From contig LSRY02000005.1 of NCBI GenBank assembly GCA_001643675.2, forward strand, positions 1 through 64,000: a DNA stretch of 64,000 nt, read 5' to 3'. A model generated the notes under the pieces. The model made no database searches. It had not been told where the DNA came from and saw nothing but the letters and a program-made list of their open reading frames with translations. Shown here piece after piece: positions 53,757 through 64,000 of the stretch. Made by a program: the position numbers and the translations under genes. This DNA is from Monocercomonoides exilis PA203. Lineage: Eukaryota; Protista; Preaxostyla. The first letter of the stretch is position 1; the number at the start of each line of letters is the position of its first letter.

Positions 53757-56700
53757 ATGGATTCTCGCAGAGATGAGCTAATTGCAGAGGTTAATGCAAA
53801 TTCTTCTCTTTGCATTCTGTATGTAAATTGCTAAACATAATGCTTTATCAGTGTAGTTTTATTTTTAATTGCATATGAACACTTTCATTTGTAAATGATA
53901 AAGCTGCAAAGATTGTATTGATCCATCAGCTGAAATATGGAGTTGCCATCAATGCTTTCAGCTTTTTCATTTGAAATGCATACAAAACTGGGCAATAGCA
54001 AAAACTGATGCCCTTCAGGAATTAGCAAATAACACTTCAAAACAAACGGAATGGCCTTGCCCATGGTAGCTTTATATTTAATATTTATCATTAACTTACA
54101 CATTTTTTTGCATATAAATAGGTGTCATGCTTCAATAAAATCAATTCCTTCACAGTATTTCTGCTACTGCGGAAAAGTTAATAATCCCATCAGAAAAATT
54201 GGTGTTCTTCCGCATTCCTGTGGTGGCACATGTGGGAAGAAAAGGAAAGGCATTTGCCCCCATCCGTGTCCTTTGAAATGCCATCCGGGCCCTTGCCCTC
54301 CTTGCTCTCACAAAGTGACAGTGAGCTGCTTCTGCGGGAAGCAGTCACGAATCGTTGGATGTGATAGCGGAAATGGTGCGTAAAGAGAAAATCATGAATC
54401 CTTTTTTTGCTAAGAAAAAATAGATATATATGCATATACGTTCATTGCACTCTATTTTCTTTCTTTTTTTTTTTTATAACTATTGAGTTTTCTTTTATTT
54501 TTTATTTTTTATTTTCTTTCTTATTTTAACTTCCGTGGCACTTTATCAACTCTATTAAACAGTTGCCTTTTCCTGCGGCAGCTCATGTGACCGGTTGCTT
54601 CCCTATGGATACAACCGAAGCACTCCTTCTTACCATCCTCCACCCTCTCATTCTTCTTCAACTACTATTTCTTCTTCTACTTCTCCTCCATCAACTAATT
54701 TCTACTCCTCCTCCTCCTCCTCCTCTTATTCTTATTCTTCTTCAGCGTCGCCTCTTAGACATCCTACAGCTTTAGCAAACAGTAAGCATTATTACTCCTC
54801 CTCTCAAAACAAATCTTCCACCACAGTTCCTTCAACAGCCACCATACCTTCCTCACAAAGGCGTCCAAGCCCATCTCAGCGCACTCGCACATCCTCTGCA
54901 ACTTCGTCATCGTCATCTCCATCATCGTCGTCATCATTGTCACCATCCTCAGCCTCATCATTATTATCTTTATCTCAGAAAAAGACAGACGCAAGTGCGA
55001 AGGCTACTCAGAATGCTCTGTTGCCAGACCCACCAGCTCATCAAATAGCCCAAAATATTCAGTCTTCACCAATTATCCACATACTCCCTCCTCCCCCTCG
55101 CCTTCCAGCAGCTAAATTGTCTTCTTCTTCTTCTTCTTCTTCCACCTCTTCTTCTCCACAACCACCCCCTTCTTCATTTTCATATTCGTCATCGTCATCT
55201 TCATCAGCTTCTTCTTCCTCTTCATCATCATCATCGCCATCGCCATCGCCGTCGTCATCGTCGTCGTATTCGCCTGCAGCATCCTCAGAGCCAAGCAAAG
55301 GCTTCAAAGCGTCCTATTATCCATCCTCTTCCTACTCTTCTTTAAACACACAGAAGTCACAGCCATCTGCACCCATCTCTTCAGCACACACGCCTTCCAA
55401 CTCAAACACTTCTCCTTTGATCACAAACACCAGGCAGACGAACACGAAGTCTTATTCTTCTTATTCGGATTCGCTCACTTCACAAAACAAGCTGTTGAGG
55501 CAGCAAAATCAGCAGCCTTTGCTGCAGAATCAGAAGCGAGACAATGCTTTGCTATCAAATGCACCAACGACATCTTCGTATTCTTCTTCGTATTCTTCTT
55601 CGTATTCTTCATATTCATCATCACCATCACCATCATCATCCTCATCCTCTTCCTCTTCCTCTTCTTATTCTTCGCCTATTTCCTCATCTTCATTGTCCCC
55701 AGATTCCGTCAACCGCTCGCAGCTCCTGCCTCTTCCCCAGCCTCAGCTTCATCCACAGCTCAGACTGCAGTCTCAGTCGCAATCGCAATCTCAATCACAT
55801 TCACAATCACAATCACAATCACAATATCAATTGCAGCCCCAATTTCAATTGCAATTACAATCGCCATTGCAGACACAGCCAAAGCCCCAGCTGAATCTGT
55901 TGGCCCATCCTTTGTCACTTCCTCAGCCTCTCCCTCAGCCTCTTCCCCAGATACAAGCACAGACACAGATGAAATTCCAACTTCAACCTCAACCTCAACC
56001 CCAACCTCAACCTCATCCGCAACCTCATCCACAATCCCAACCCCAACCCCAACCACAACCACAATTTCAATTTCAATCTCAGCCCAAACTCCTTCTGCGT
56101 CCTCAGCCACAACCACAGCCACAGCCTCAGCCTCAGCCTCAGCCCTTGTTCAATTCTCAATCTCCGAACAAAATACAACCACAACCACAACCACAACCAC
56201 AACCACAATCTCAGTTTCAATTGCAACAGCAGCAGCAGCAGCAGCAACAGCAACAGCAACAACAACAGCAACATCAGCATCAACATCAGCATCAACAGCA
56301 TCAACAGCCTCAACTGCAGCCACAGCCGCAGCTCATTCTGCCCATGTTCCCCTCCTCGCACACGCACGGCCACTCGCTCGCGCAGCCTCATCTGCCTCCC
56401 CAGCACCACACCATGCCATTCCAGTTCACACAGCGTCTGGGTGTGATCACAGTCAATGCGCCGCCTCTGTTTCGTGTGTCGAAGGCATTCAACGACGAGC
56501 TGGCGAGGTTTGTGGCAGAAGCACATCCGCCGTCGCTGATGTCGTCGGTGCTGGCGATCAGAGACAGGGTGGATGCAGCACTCAGGAAGTATATGCCAGG
56601 TGTGCTTTATAATTAGCTAATAACTCAATAACACATATTTATGTTTTATTAATTTTATAAATTTTATTTTTCCCCTTTGATTCAATCATTTCATATGTTT

Positions 56701-59700
56701 CTGGTGTTGGTGTTGCACTCAGATGTGGTGAAGCGTGTAGAGTTGTATGGGTCCACACGGAGCACAGTGTTCACAGTGAACAGCGACATCGACCTGGTTG
56801 TGCTGACACACGGGGCATACAACCGGGTGAAGAAGTCGGCAGAGCTGATGAAGAAGAGGCCGCCGGCAGAGGACACGCCAGCAGCGCTGAGGGTGTGGCT
56901 GAAGACGGTTGGGGCAGAGGCAGACGGGAGGTATGCAGAGGGGGATCCGTTTGCAGAGGGGGTGTTTCCGTACAAGTATGATGTGTGGAAGCCGGAGGAG
57001 AACATGGGGAAGGAGGCGGAGAATGCGTGGAAGATGGAGAAAGCGGAAGGGGGTGGGGTGGGAAAGAAGATGGAGACAAGAAGAAAGAAGATGGAGATGA
57101 AAAGACAAGCAGCCCAACTAAACAGACATCGAATCCATCGTCTGGTGCAGAGTTGGAGGGGTCACTGAAGGAGAAGATCACAGTGAATGAGATCAGAGAC
57201 TGTCTGAAAGAGAACGGATTCAAGATCATCCGATGCATCCCGACGGCGCGTGTGCCGATTGTGAAGTTTGAGGTGCCGCTGCACTTGTGTGTCAGTGCGA
57301 ATGGAGAGAAGGAGAAGGCAAGAAAGAAGAAAGAGAAAGAGAAAGAGAAAGAGAAAGAGAAAGAGAAAGAGAAAGAGAAAGAGAAAGAGAAATCGAGTCA
57401 TGCGAATGGTGATTCGTCTTCTGCATCATCAACATCATCATCATCTCCTTCCCCTTCACCATCTCCATATACTTCTCCATCACCATCACCATCACCATCA
57501 TCATCTTCTTCTTCTCCAGCAGAAGCAGAAGCAGAAGCAGCAGCAACAGCAACAACAACACACTCGCCAGTCCTTCGCGACTGCGACATCTGCATCGACA
57601 ACGTGTTTGGGATCTACAACTCAGAGCTGATCAAGACATACTGCATGCTGGACGAGAGGGTGCGGCCACTTCTGCTTGTTGTGAAGCACTGGGCGAAGAA
57701 GTTTGGGGTGGCAGACTCGGCGAACGGGACGCTGTCGATGTATGGGTACACGCTTCTTGCGCTGAACTATCTGCAGGTGAGGCAGCCGCCGGTGCTGCCG
57801 ACGCTGCAGGGGGAGGCATACATAGCAGCGTCAGACCCGAGCCGGGTGGTGGACATTGTGGTGAAAGGGGCGCGGATCAGATACAGCACAGACCTGCAGC
57901 CGTGGCTGAGCCAGAACCCGACGGTGCTGAACAACAGAGACCCGACGCCTGCGGACTTCCCTCTGAACGAGTATTTCTCATCATCATCATCAACAACAAA
58001 TGATTCATCCACAACTGAAGAAAAAACACCCACACACACCGAGAAGACTTTATCTTCTTCTTCTTCGTCGTCGTCTCCATCAACACCTCCTCACAATGAC
58101 ACAGCAACAACAACAACATCATCATCATCATCATCAACTGATGCCTCTCCATCATCCTCTTCTCCTTCTCCTTCTCCTCCTTCTACTCCTTCGAAAACAA
58201 CATTGTCTCCCTCTGATTCATCGTCGGCTATCTCCACTCCGACGCACACTTCATCACCCTCTTCACAATCACAATCACAATCACAGACACCACCACACCC
58301 AGCACAAGGGAATCAGATGAGTCAGATGAGTCAGATGGGGCAGATGGGGCAGATGAATCAGATGCAATATCCAGGGCTGTATGGGGCGAATGCAGTGTTT
58401 CCGTTTGTGTCGCTGCGGAAAGTGAACACAGAGCCGCTGTCGTCTCTTGTGGTGGGGTTTTTCTATCACTATGCGCGGAACTTCATCCGGATCAGGCATG
58501 TGGCGTGTGTGAAGTACGGGTGCATCATCCCGAAGACGGTGACGGGGTGGGACACAGACTTGGACTACCACCGGCACTCGCTGTGCATCCACGATCCGTT
58601 TGAGCTGAACAGAGATGTTGGGGATGTGGTGTACCGGACAGACGAGGTGGCGCGGGCGTTCATCAACACGTTTGAGATGGTTCGGCAGGGGAGGTCGTTT
58701 GACGCGGTGTTTGGTGGAGAGGGGAGGATGGAGAGGAGGGAGGGGAGAGAGAAGGAGAGAGAGAAGGAGAGAGAGAAGGAGAAGGCATCGTGGATGTGGA
58801 TGAAGGAAAAAGAGAAGGAGAAGGAGGGCGAGAAAGAGAAAGAAAAACGGAAAGGAAAATGAGATTGGCGAGAAAAAACGGAGGAGGAAGAGAAAGAGGA
58901 AAGGGAAGAAAAAAATGAGGAAAATGAGGAAAATGAGGAATCAGCGAACTGTTCAGGAAAAGAGTTGGCAGAAAACACAGATAAAACAGAAAACACAGAA
59001 AAAGCGGAAAAAGCGGATAATTCAGACAAAATAGAAAAAGAAGAAAAATTGAATATTGCAGACAAAACAGACATGCATGCACCGCTGATTGGGACGAAGC
59101 CTTCGTTCAGCACAAGCAATATGCAATTCCCGAGTCTTCCTGAAAAGCCCATGGATCAGCCACACACAGACACATCCACAACAGCCACTTCTATTCCTTC
59201 TATTCCTTCTGATCCTTCAATTCCTTCTGATCCATCTGATCCGGCAGCACAGTCACAAGAGGCACACATCAAATCGCTCATCCAGCTTTTGGCGCAGACG
59301 CTGGGGATTGCTCAGACGCCGCCGGATGAGCAGCAGATGCCTTTGACTGTGCCATTGGATGTGCCATTGGATGTGCCATTGGATCTGCAGCTGCCTTTGG
59401 ATCTGCAGCAGCTTCTGCCACAACCACCACAACTCCAACAACCACAACCACAACAACCACAACCACAACAACCACAACCACAACAAGTACAACCACAACC
59501 TCAACCTCAATATCAATATCAACCTCAACCTCAACCTCAACCTCAACCTCAACCTCAACCTCAACCTCAACCTCAGCAACACCCACATTCACATTCAAAT
59601 TCACATCCATATCCACACGCCCACACACAGACACGCTCACCGCCTCACTCTTCTTCGTATTCCCATTCGAATTCGTATTCCCGTTCAAATGGTCGGCCGT

Positions 59701-59975
59701 ATCAGAATTCGTATCCACACACGCAGCAGCATCAAATTCATAACCAGAGTCAGAACCAGAGTCAATATTTGAAGGAGAGCCATGGGCAGCATCCGGGCAC
59801 GCCGCCACACTCTGAAAGGCCGCTGATTCCATTGCCTCCAGACCATGGTCATGGGGGTGATGTGCGTGGAGCACAGAGCTATTCAGGGGCTTCTGGGAAG
59901 AGAGAAGGAGCAAGCATTGAGTCGCTGTTTGAGCAGATGCAGCAGCAGATGGCGATGCCCAAGACGCGGCATTAG
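53757..59975 (+). CDS. NFX1-type RING/NF-X1 zinc finger - low-complexity linker - Cid1/TUTase-family nucleotidyltransferase fusion (right-arm copy)
   Basis: Exons 53757-53818, 53904-54065, 54122-54375, 54563-56599 and 56723-59975; all introns GT-AG and phase-compatible. Zinc-finger part: CILC..IWSCHQC..FHLKCIQNWA..WPCPWC, YFCYCGK, PHSCGGTC..CPHPCPLKCHPGPCPPC. Catalytic part: YGS..NSDIDL, ARVPIVKF, DCDICIDN..NSELIKTY..DERVRPL..VKHWAK, GTLSMYGYTLL, and PAP-associated NTEPLSSLVVGFFYHYA..IHDPFEL. Frame break ~57050-57066 and a local +1/-1 pair at ~58843-58878. Confidence 0.8.
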
Positions 59976-60999
59976 TTTGTTTTGGAAGGCAAAACAAAAA
60001 CAAAAAACAAAAACAAAAAAACAAAAACAAAAACAAAAAAAATGAAAAGAAATGAAAAGAAGATGCATCTGAATTGAACGGAAGGAAAAACAAAAGATGG
60101 AAATGAGTTTGCCTTTTGGAAGAAAGAGTGATATTGAGAGGGAAGAGGAAACGGCATGTGCGTGTTTGAATGACAGCTGTTGTTGCGTTGTTTTCTGTCA
60201 GCGATTCTTTTATTTCCATCTGTTGTTTTGATGGACGCTTTCTGCCATTTGCAACCGCTCTTTGTGAATATTGTTGCTGAAGTGCACATCAACCTGGAGT
60301 TCTTTTTGCAAAAATGCAGATTGAATTGTGTTTTTGTGATTTTGTGTTTTGTGTTTTGTTCTGATTGTTCTGATTGTTGGGATTGTTGGGATTGTTGGGA
60401 TTGTGATATTTTCGCGAGAGCCTGTGCATGCTTGTGTGGAGTTCGTGCAATGTTTCGTTCTCTCCTTTTGTTTTTCTTGGTATCTCAACTGACAGACATG
60501 TCTGCTTGTGAAGTGCACAAGGGTTCGTTTGGCTTTCTGTGGGTGAGAGTTGTGTTTGATGAAGTGTTTTGGTGTTGGGTGTGTTTTCGGGTGTTTTCGG
60601 GTGTTTTCGGGTGTTTGTGTGATTTTCGGTGAATGGTGTCAGCAGCAAGCATGCAGCTGTTTGGTGCTGTTTCTGTGATTTATTGCTGCTGGTTTATTCT
60701 TATTCTTATTCTTATTCTTTTTCTTTTTCTTTTGAATTTTTTCATTTTCATTTTCTGTGTTTTTTGTGGAGGAGATTGCACACGACTTTCGGGAAGCGGA
60801 TGCTTTTGAGAAAGCGCCGTTTCCGATGGGCAACAGAAAGCTATTGCTTTGCACGAAATCTCTTTGCTGGATCGAAAAGGAGCAGAAAGAAAAAAGAAAG
60901 AAAAAAGAAAGAAAAAAGAAAGTTCATCACAAAACACAAAATAATTAAAAGTTAAACAATAAAAATAACTCAGTCTCGTCCAAATCCCTTGTCGGTGTG

Positions 61000-62024
61000 G
61001 TGTTTCACTCATCCAACGTGGAGCAGCCATTCACCAATCGGCTCCAGATGCCCCACCAGAACTTGCGGAGGGGTGCTGTCAGTCGATGGAGAAGCACGCG
61101 GAGTGCTTGCGCCTCAACAGCAGCTGCACCAGGAAAAGAAGTGGGAACGAGCATTCTTCTGACTTCTGCCACAGGTGTTGGATGCTGTGCTCCACCGAGC
61201 ACGGGAAGAGAGGCAGACATGGGTTCTGCACCGCATTGTCTGGAGCAAGCCATTTTGAGCAGTTGCATCATCTTTCAGAGGCAGCAGCCAGCCCTCGTTC
61301 AGCAGCTTTGAAGCAGGCCTGGAGAGGAAAGGAGAGGAAAGGAGCTGAAAACAGGATTTTGGAGGCATCAAGGGATTTTGATGGCAGAGAATTCTTGTTT
61401 CGGCTCTCACGCTGCAATCTGATAGACAGAAACCATCAGCACATGCCTCTGAGACATTCACATAGCCTGGTCTGCTGCAGAGCAAATTCAGGTGCAAATT
61501 GGCAGGCAATGCAGCAGAACCCCTCGAACCCTCGAATCAATGAGAAACCCCGATTCCCTGATGATTGCCCTCAATCTCCACACACTCTCTTCTTTTGGAT
61601 CTTCAATCAGAAGAGTTGCTCAGCTGCTGCATTTCATCGGCATTTCGTGAGGGGGAAACCGAAATTGCTGGATGGGACGAAAACAGAAAAGATGAAGAAA
61701 GGCGCAGAAAGCTTCTTGAGGATTTGTGCTTTCGAGAGAAGGAGAAGAAGGAATGGTCGTTGTGTTGTGAAATATTGGTTGCTTTCTTTTGCTGGATGGC
61801 ATTCTCAAAGCGGCAACCTTGTTTTCTGCTCCAACGCCAAATACCTCAAAGACAGAAAATGCGAAGCATTCAACCCCAATCCATTTTCCTCACCTCTCGT
61901 TCAGCCCTGCTCGCATGATGTTACACTTGTTGTTTTCATCATTTTGTTGGTTCTCAGACCAATCAATGAAAGCCAGTTCCATCGCTCTTCTCATCGAAAC
62001 AGAGAAAGAAATGAAAGAAGATGA
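61000..62024 (+). other. GC-richer unassigned ORF/pseudogene region in the outer palindrome arm (mirror at ~45250-46190)
   Basis: A 312-aa ORF (61086-62024) and overlapping shorter frames with no recognisable motifs. The mirror ORF is 275 aa with a different end. Confidence 0.25.
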
Positions 62025-63050
62025 TTGCTTGCCTTCCTCATCTCCAATTGTTGGCTAACATTCGTGCAGTTCTGTAATTCTCCTTTTTTTATTCGTCTTC
62101 CGAGATCATTGTCTTTTGCTTCTTTCGTATTTATGTTCAATAGCATTTTTGTCTCTTGTGCAAATAGGTTGGAATTGAGAGATTTCAAGCTAACAGACAC
62201 ATTCTTTCATTCCTTTAATCAATGGAATTGTACTGTTATTGGCCTCATCATCTGCTCTGCAAAGCAAAAGATTGAGAATAATGGTTCTTTCTCGAAGAGT
62301 AATTTTAATTTTATTAAGGAAAAAAACAATTCAAACGAATGCTCATATAATCTCATTATTTTAATATTTGACGAATTAGAGATTGATGATTTGAAAAAAA
62401 GGAAAAAATTAAATTCATAAAAAAAAATCATTTTTGGTTCTAATTTAAATGTATTTTAAAATAGTTAATCTTCACTCTAATTAAATACACGAGCACCATC
62501 AGAAATATCATCGTTTGAAGTATTATCATTTTTTGTAAAAGAAATATTGCAAATAACATCAAAATTAAGAACCTCACTTATGATTATAACTTTTTCATTG
62601 TTTACAATCTTTTTCTTTTAAACTCTTCTATAAACATTATATCCTTCTTTGAGCAAAAAACAAACTTTCATTGTTTTTATCAACATCCTATTAGAAAGAT
62701 AATCTCAATGAATTACTCACTTATTCCATGTTTGGAAAAATAAATCTCAGATGTGACTTCATTCCTTTTTGTGTGTGCAAGCATGAGCACGTTTGAGAAC
62801 AGAAGAACTTCTTTGAATAATTCGTTATCAGATGAATGATACCATAATCCTTCAAAATGCTGTATTAACGCCAATCATCACTTATTATTATCGTTCCTGT
62901 ATAAATAAGGAAATTTCAAATAGAACACTCGTTTCTCCAGTTCAATCAGAAACCTTAAAATAAATCCATTATTCCAACTTTTTTTTCAATTACTCAATAT
63001 ATCTGAATCTGTATTTTTTCTGCATCTTTTATATTTTCTTCTTCTCCACA

Positions 63051-63491
63051 TAGGTGATAATTATCGAAATGATAACCTTTTTCGGAGTGTTTCTTTTTCA
63101 AAGGTTGCTTGTCATCGTGAAGAGATTTTGTGTTCAAATTGAAAAATTATCACAATTAATCGGAAAAAAAAATGCTTGAGCTCAAATATAGATGAATATG
63201 CTGTGAATATGCCTTTTCATTTTTCAGTGTTCTTTTGTTATTTTTCTAGGGAAATTTGCGTTTCAATTTTTTTTTTTGTTAGAAAAAAAATATGTTACCA
63301 AAAACAATCGCCCAAACACAGAAAAGTGTTAACATCTTTTAAATGATTCTTCTTCTTTCTATCTTCTCTTTCATTGGCTTTTGATGCCATTGCAACACAT
63401 TTCACATTTGTATTGAAAAGTTATTTCTGAAGATAAAAAATTCATTAATCAATACTCTAAAAACTTATGTGTTTCTAAAAAGAATCACCCA
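63051..63491. mobile_element. Diverged, longer relative of MITE family B
   Basis: The left end TAGGTGATAATTATCGAAATGATAACCTTTTTCGGA matches the reverse complement of 39911-39946. The right end is ..CTAAAAAGAATCACCCA. Confidence 0.55.
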
Positions 63492-64000
63492 ATTTCAAAA
63501 ATCCTTGTTTCAATCGGAAAATTTAAGAAATAATAAAGATTCTTCATAACAAATATTGTGAATATATTAATGAGAAAATTTGCGTATTTCGATAAGAAAT
63601 AAATATATCATTTTTTTGTTTTTTGTATTGTTGATAAAGAAAATGAAATCTTGAATTTTTGTGAACTTGTGGATTGAGTTGTTATTTGTTTTGCAGCTGT
63701 TGAAGCATTCGAAAACAATTTTTACTATTTTGTTAATTTTTCCATTTTTTTATCTCTTTTTATTCAATTTTTTTTCTTTTCTCCAAATTAATAAAAAAAA
63801 ATATTTTCTATCTTTATTGATGTTAATTGCAAACAGAATGTTTTCTTTTAAAAAATAATGTTTACCAATACACCCCCAAATTTCGACTTTTGATTTGACG
63901 AATTGAAAACAAAATCTCCATTAAAAACACAAAAAACAACACAAAACAAGCGGTCAATCGATTAAGCAAGGAAACAAACAAACAAAAAAATCAAATAACA

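Larger units (their letters stand above)
45250..61940. repeat. Giant palindrome: arms ~45250-53553 and 53646-~61940, 92-bp spacer
   Basis: The ORF track is mirror-symmetric (coordinate sums 107199 near the centre, 107189 at the outer edge). Arms are near-identical, with small differences in microsatellites and homopolymers. Confidence 0.97.

Noticed and set aside
58843-58878. Apparent truncation of the right-arm TUTase at 58862
   Set aside because: Caused by +1 A then -1 A in adjacent A-runs relative to the left arm; most likely homopolymer error and downstream of the catalytic domain.
46899-60219. Numerous poly-L/W/V/M/H/R ORFs in both palindrome arms
   Set aside because: Alternative-frame or antisense readings of trinucleotide and hexanucleotide microsatellites within the fusion gene.
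1-64000. CRISPR arrays, rRNA, tRNA
   Set aside because: No repeat-spacer periodicity, rRNA-like sequence or cloverleaf with A/B boxes was recognised.

Overview
AT-rich eukaryotic chromosome end with short GT-AG introns and the standard genetic code. The gene families and composition resemble the oxymonad Monocercomonoides; this is recognition by eye, not a database result. Order along the window: (1) ~2.5 kb (CCCTAA)n telomere; (2) decayed subtelomeric coding remnants; (3) an intact ~1,640-aa gene combining a tyrosine recombinase with an AT-hook and a C-terminal telobox-like Myb domain; (4) a ~230-bp GC-rich structured island bracketed by inverted telomere-like repeats; (5) two members of an expanded helical-repeat family, plus beta-helix surface-protein genes; (6) three pogo/Tc5-type DDE transposase relics and three MITE families, some arranged as direct-repeat pairs around cargo; (7) a bacterial-type acyltransferase-3 gene; (8) a ~16.7-kb palindrome (two ~8.3-kb arms, 92-bp spacer). 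Each palindrome arm carries a divergently transcribed gene that splices an NFX1-type RING/zinc-finger module onto a Cid1/TUTase-family nucleotidyltransferase. The best candidates for undescribed biology are the recombinase-telobox protein with its nearby telomere-like sites, and the palindromic NFX1-TUTase fusion.
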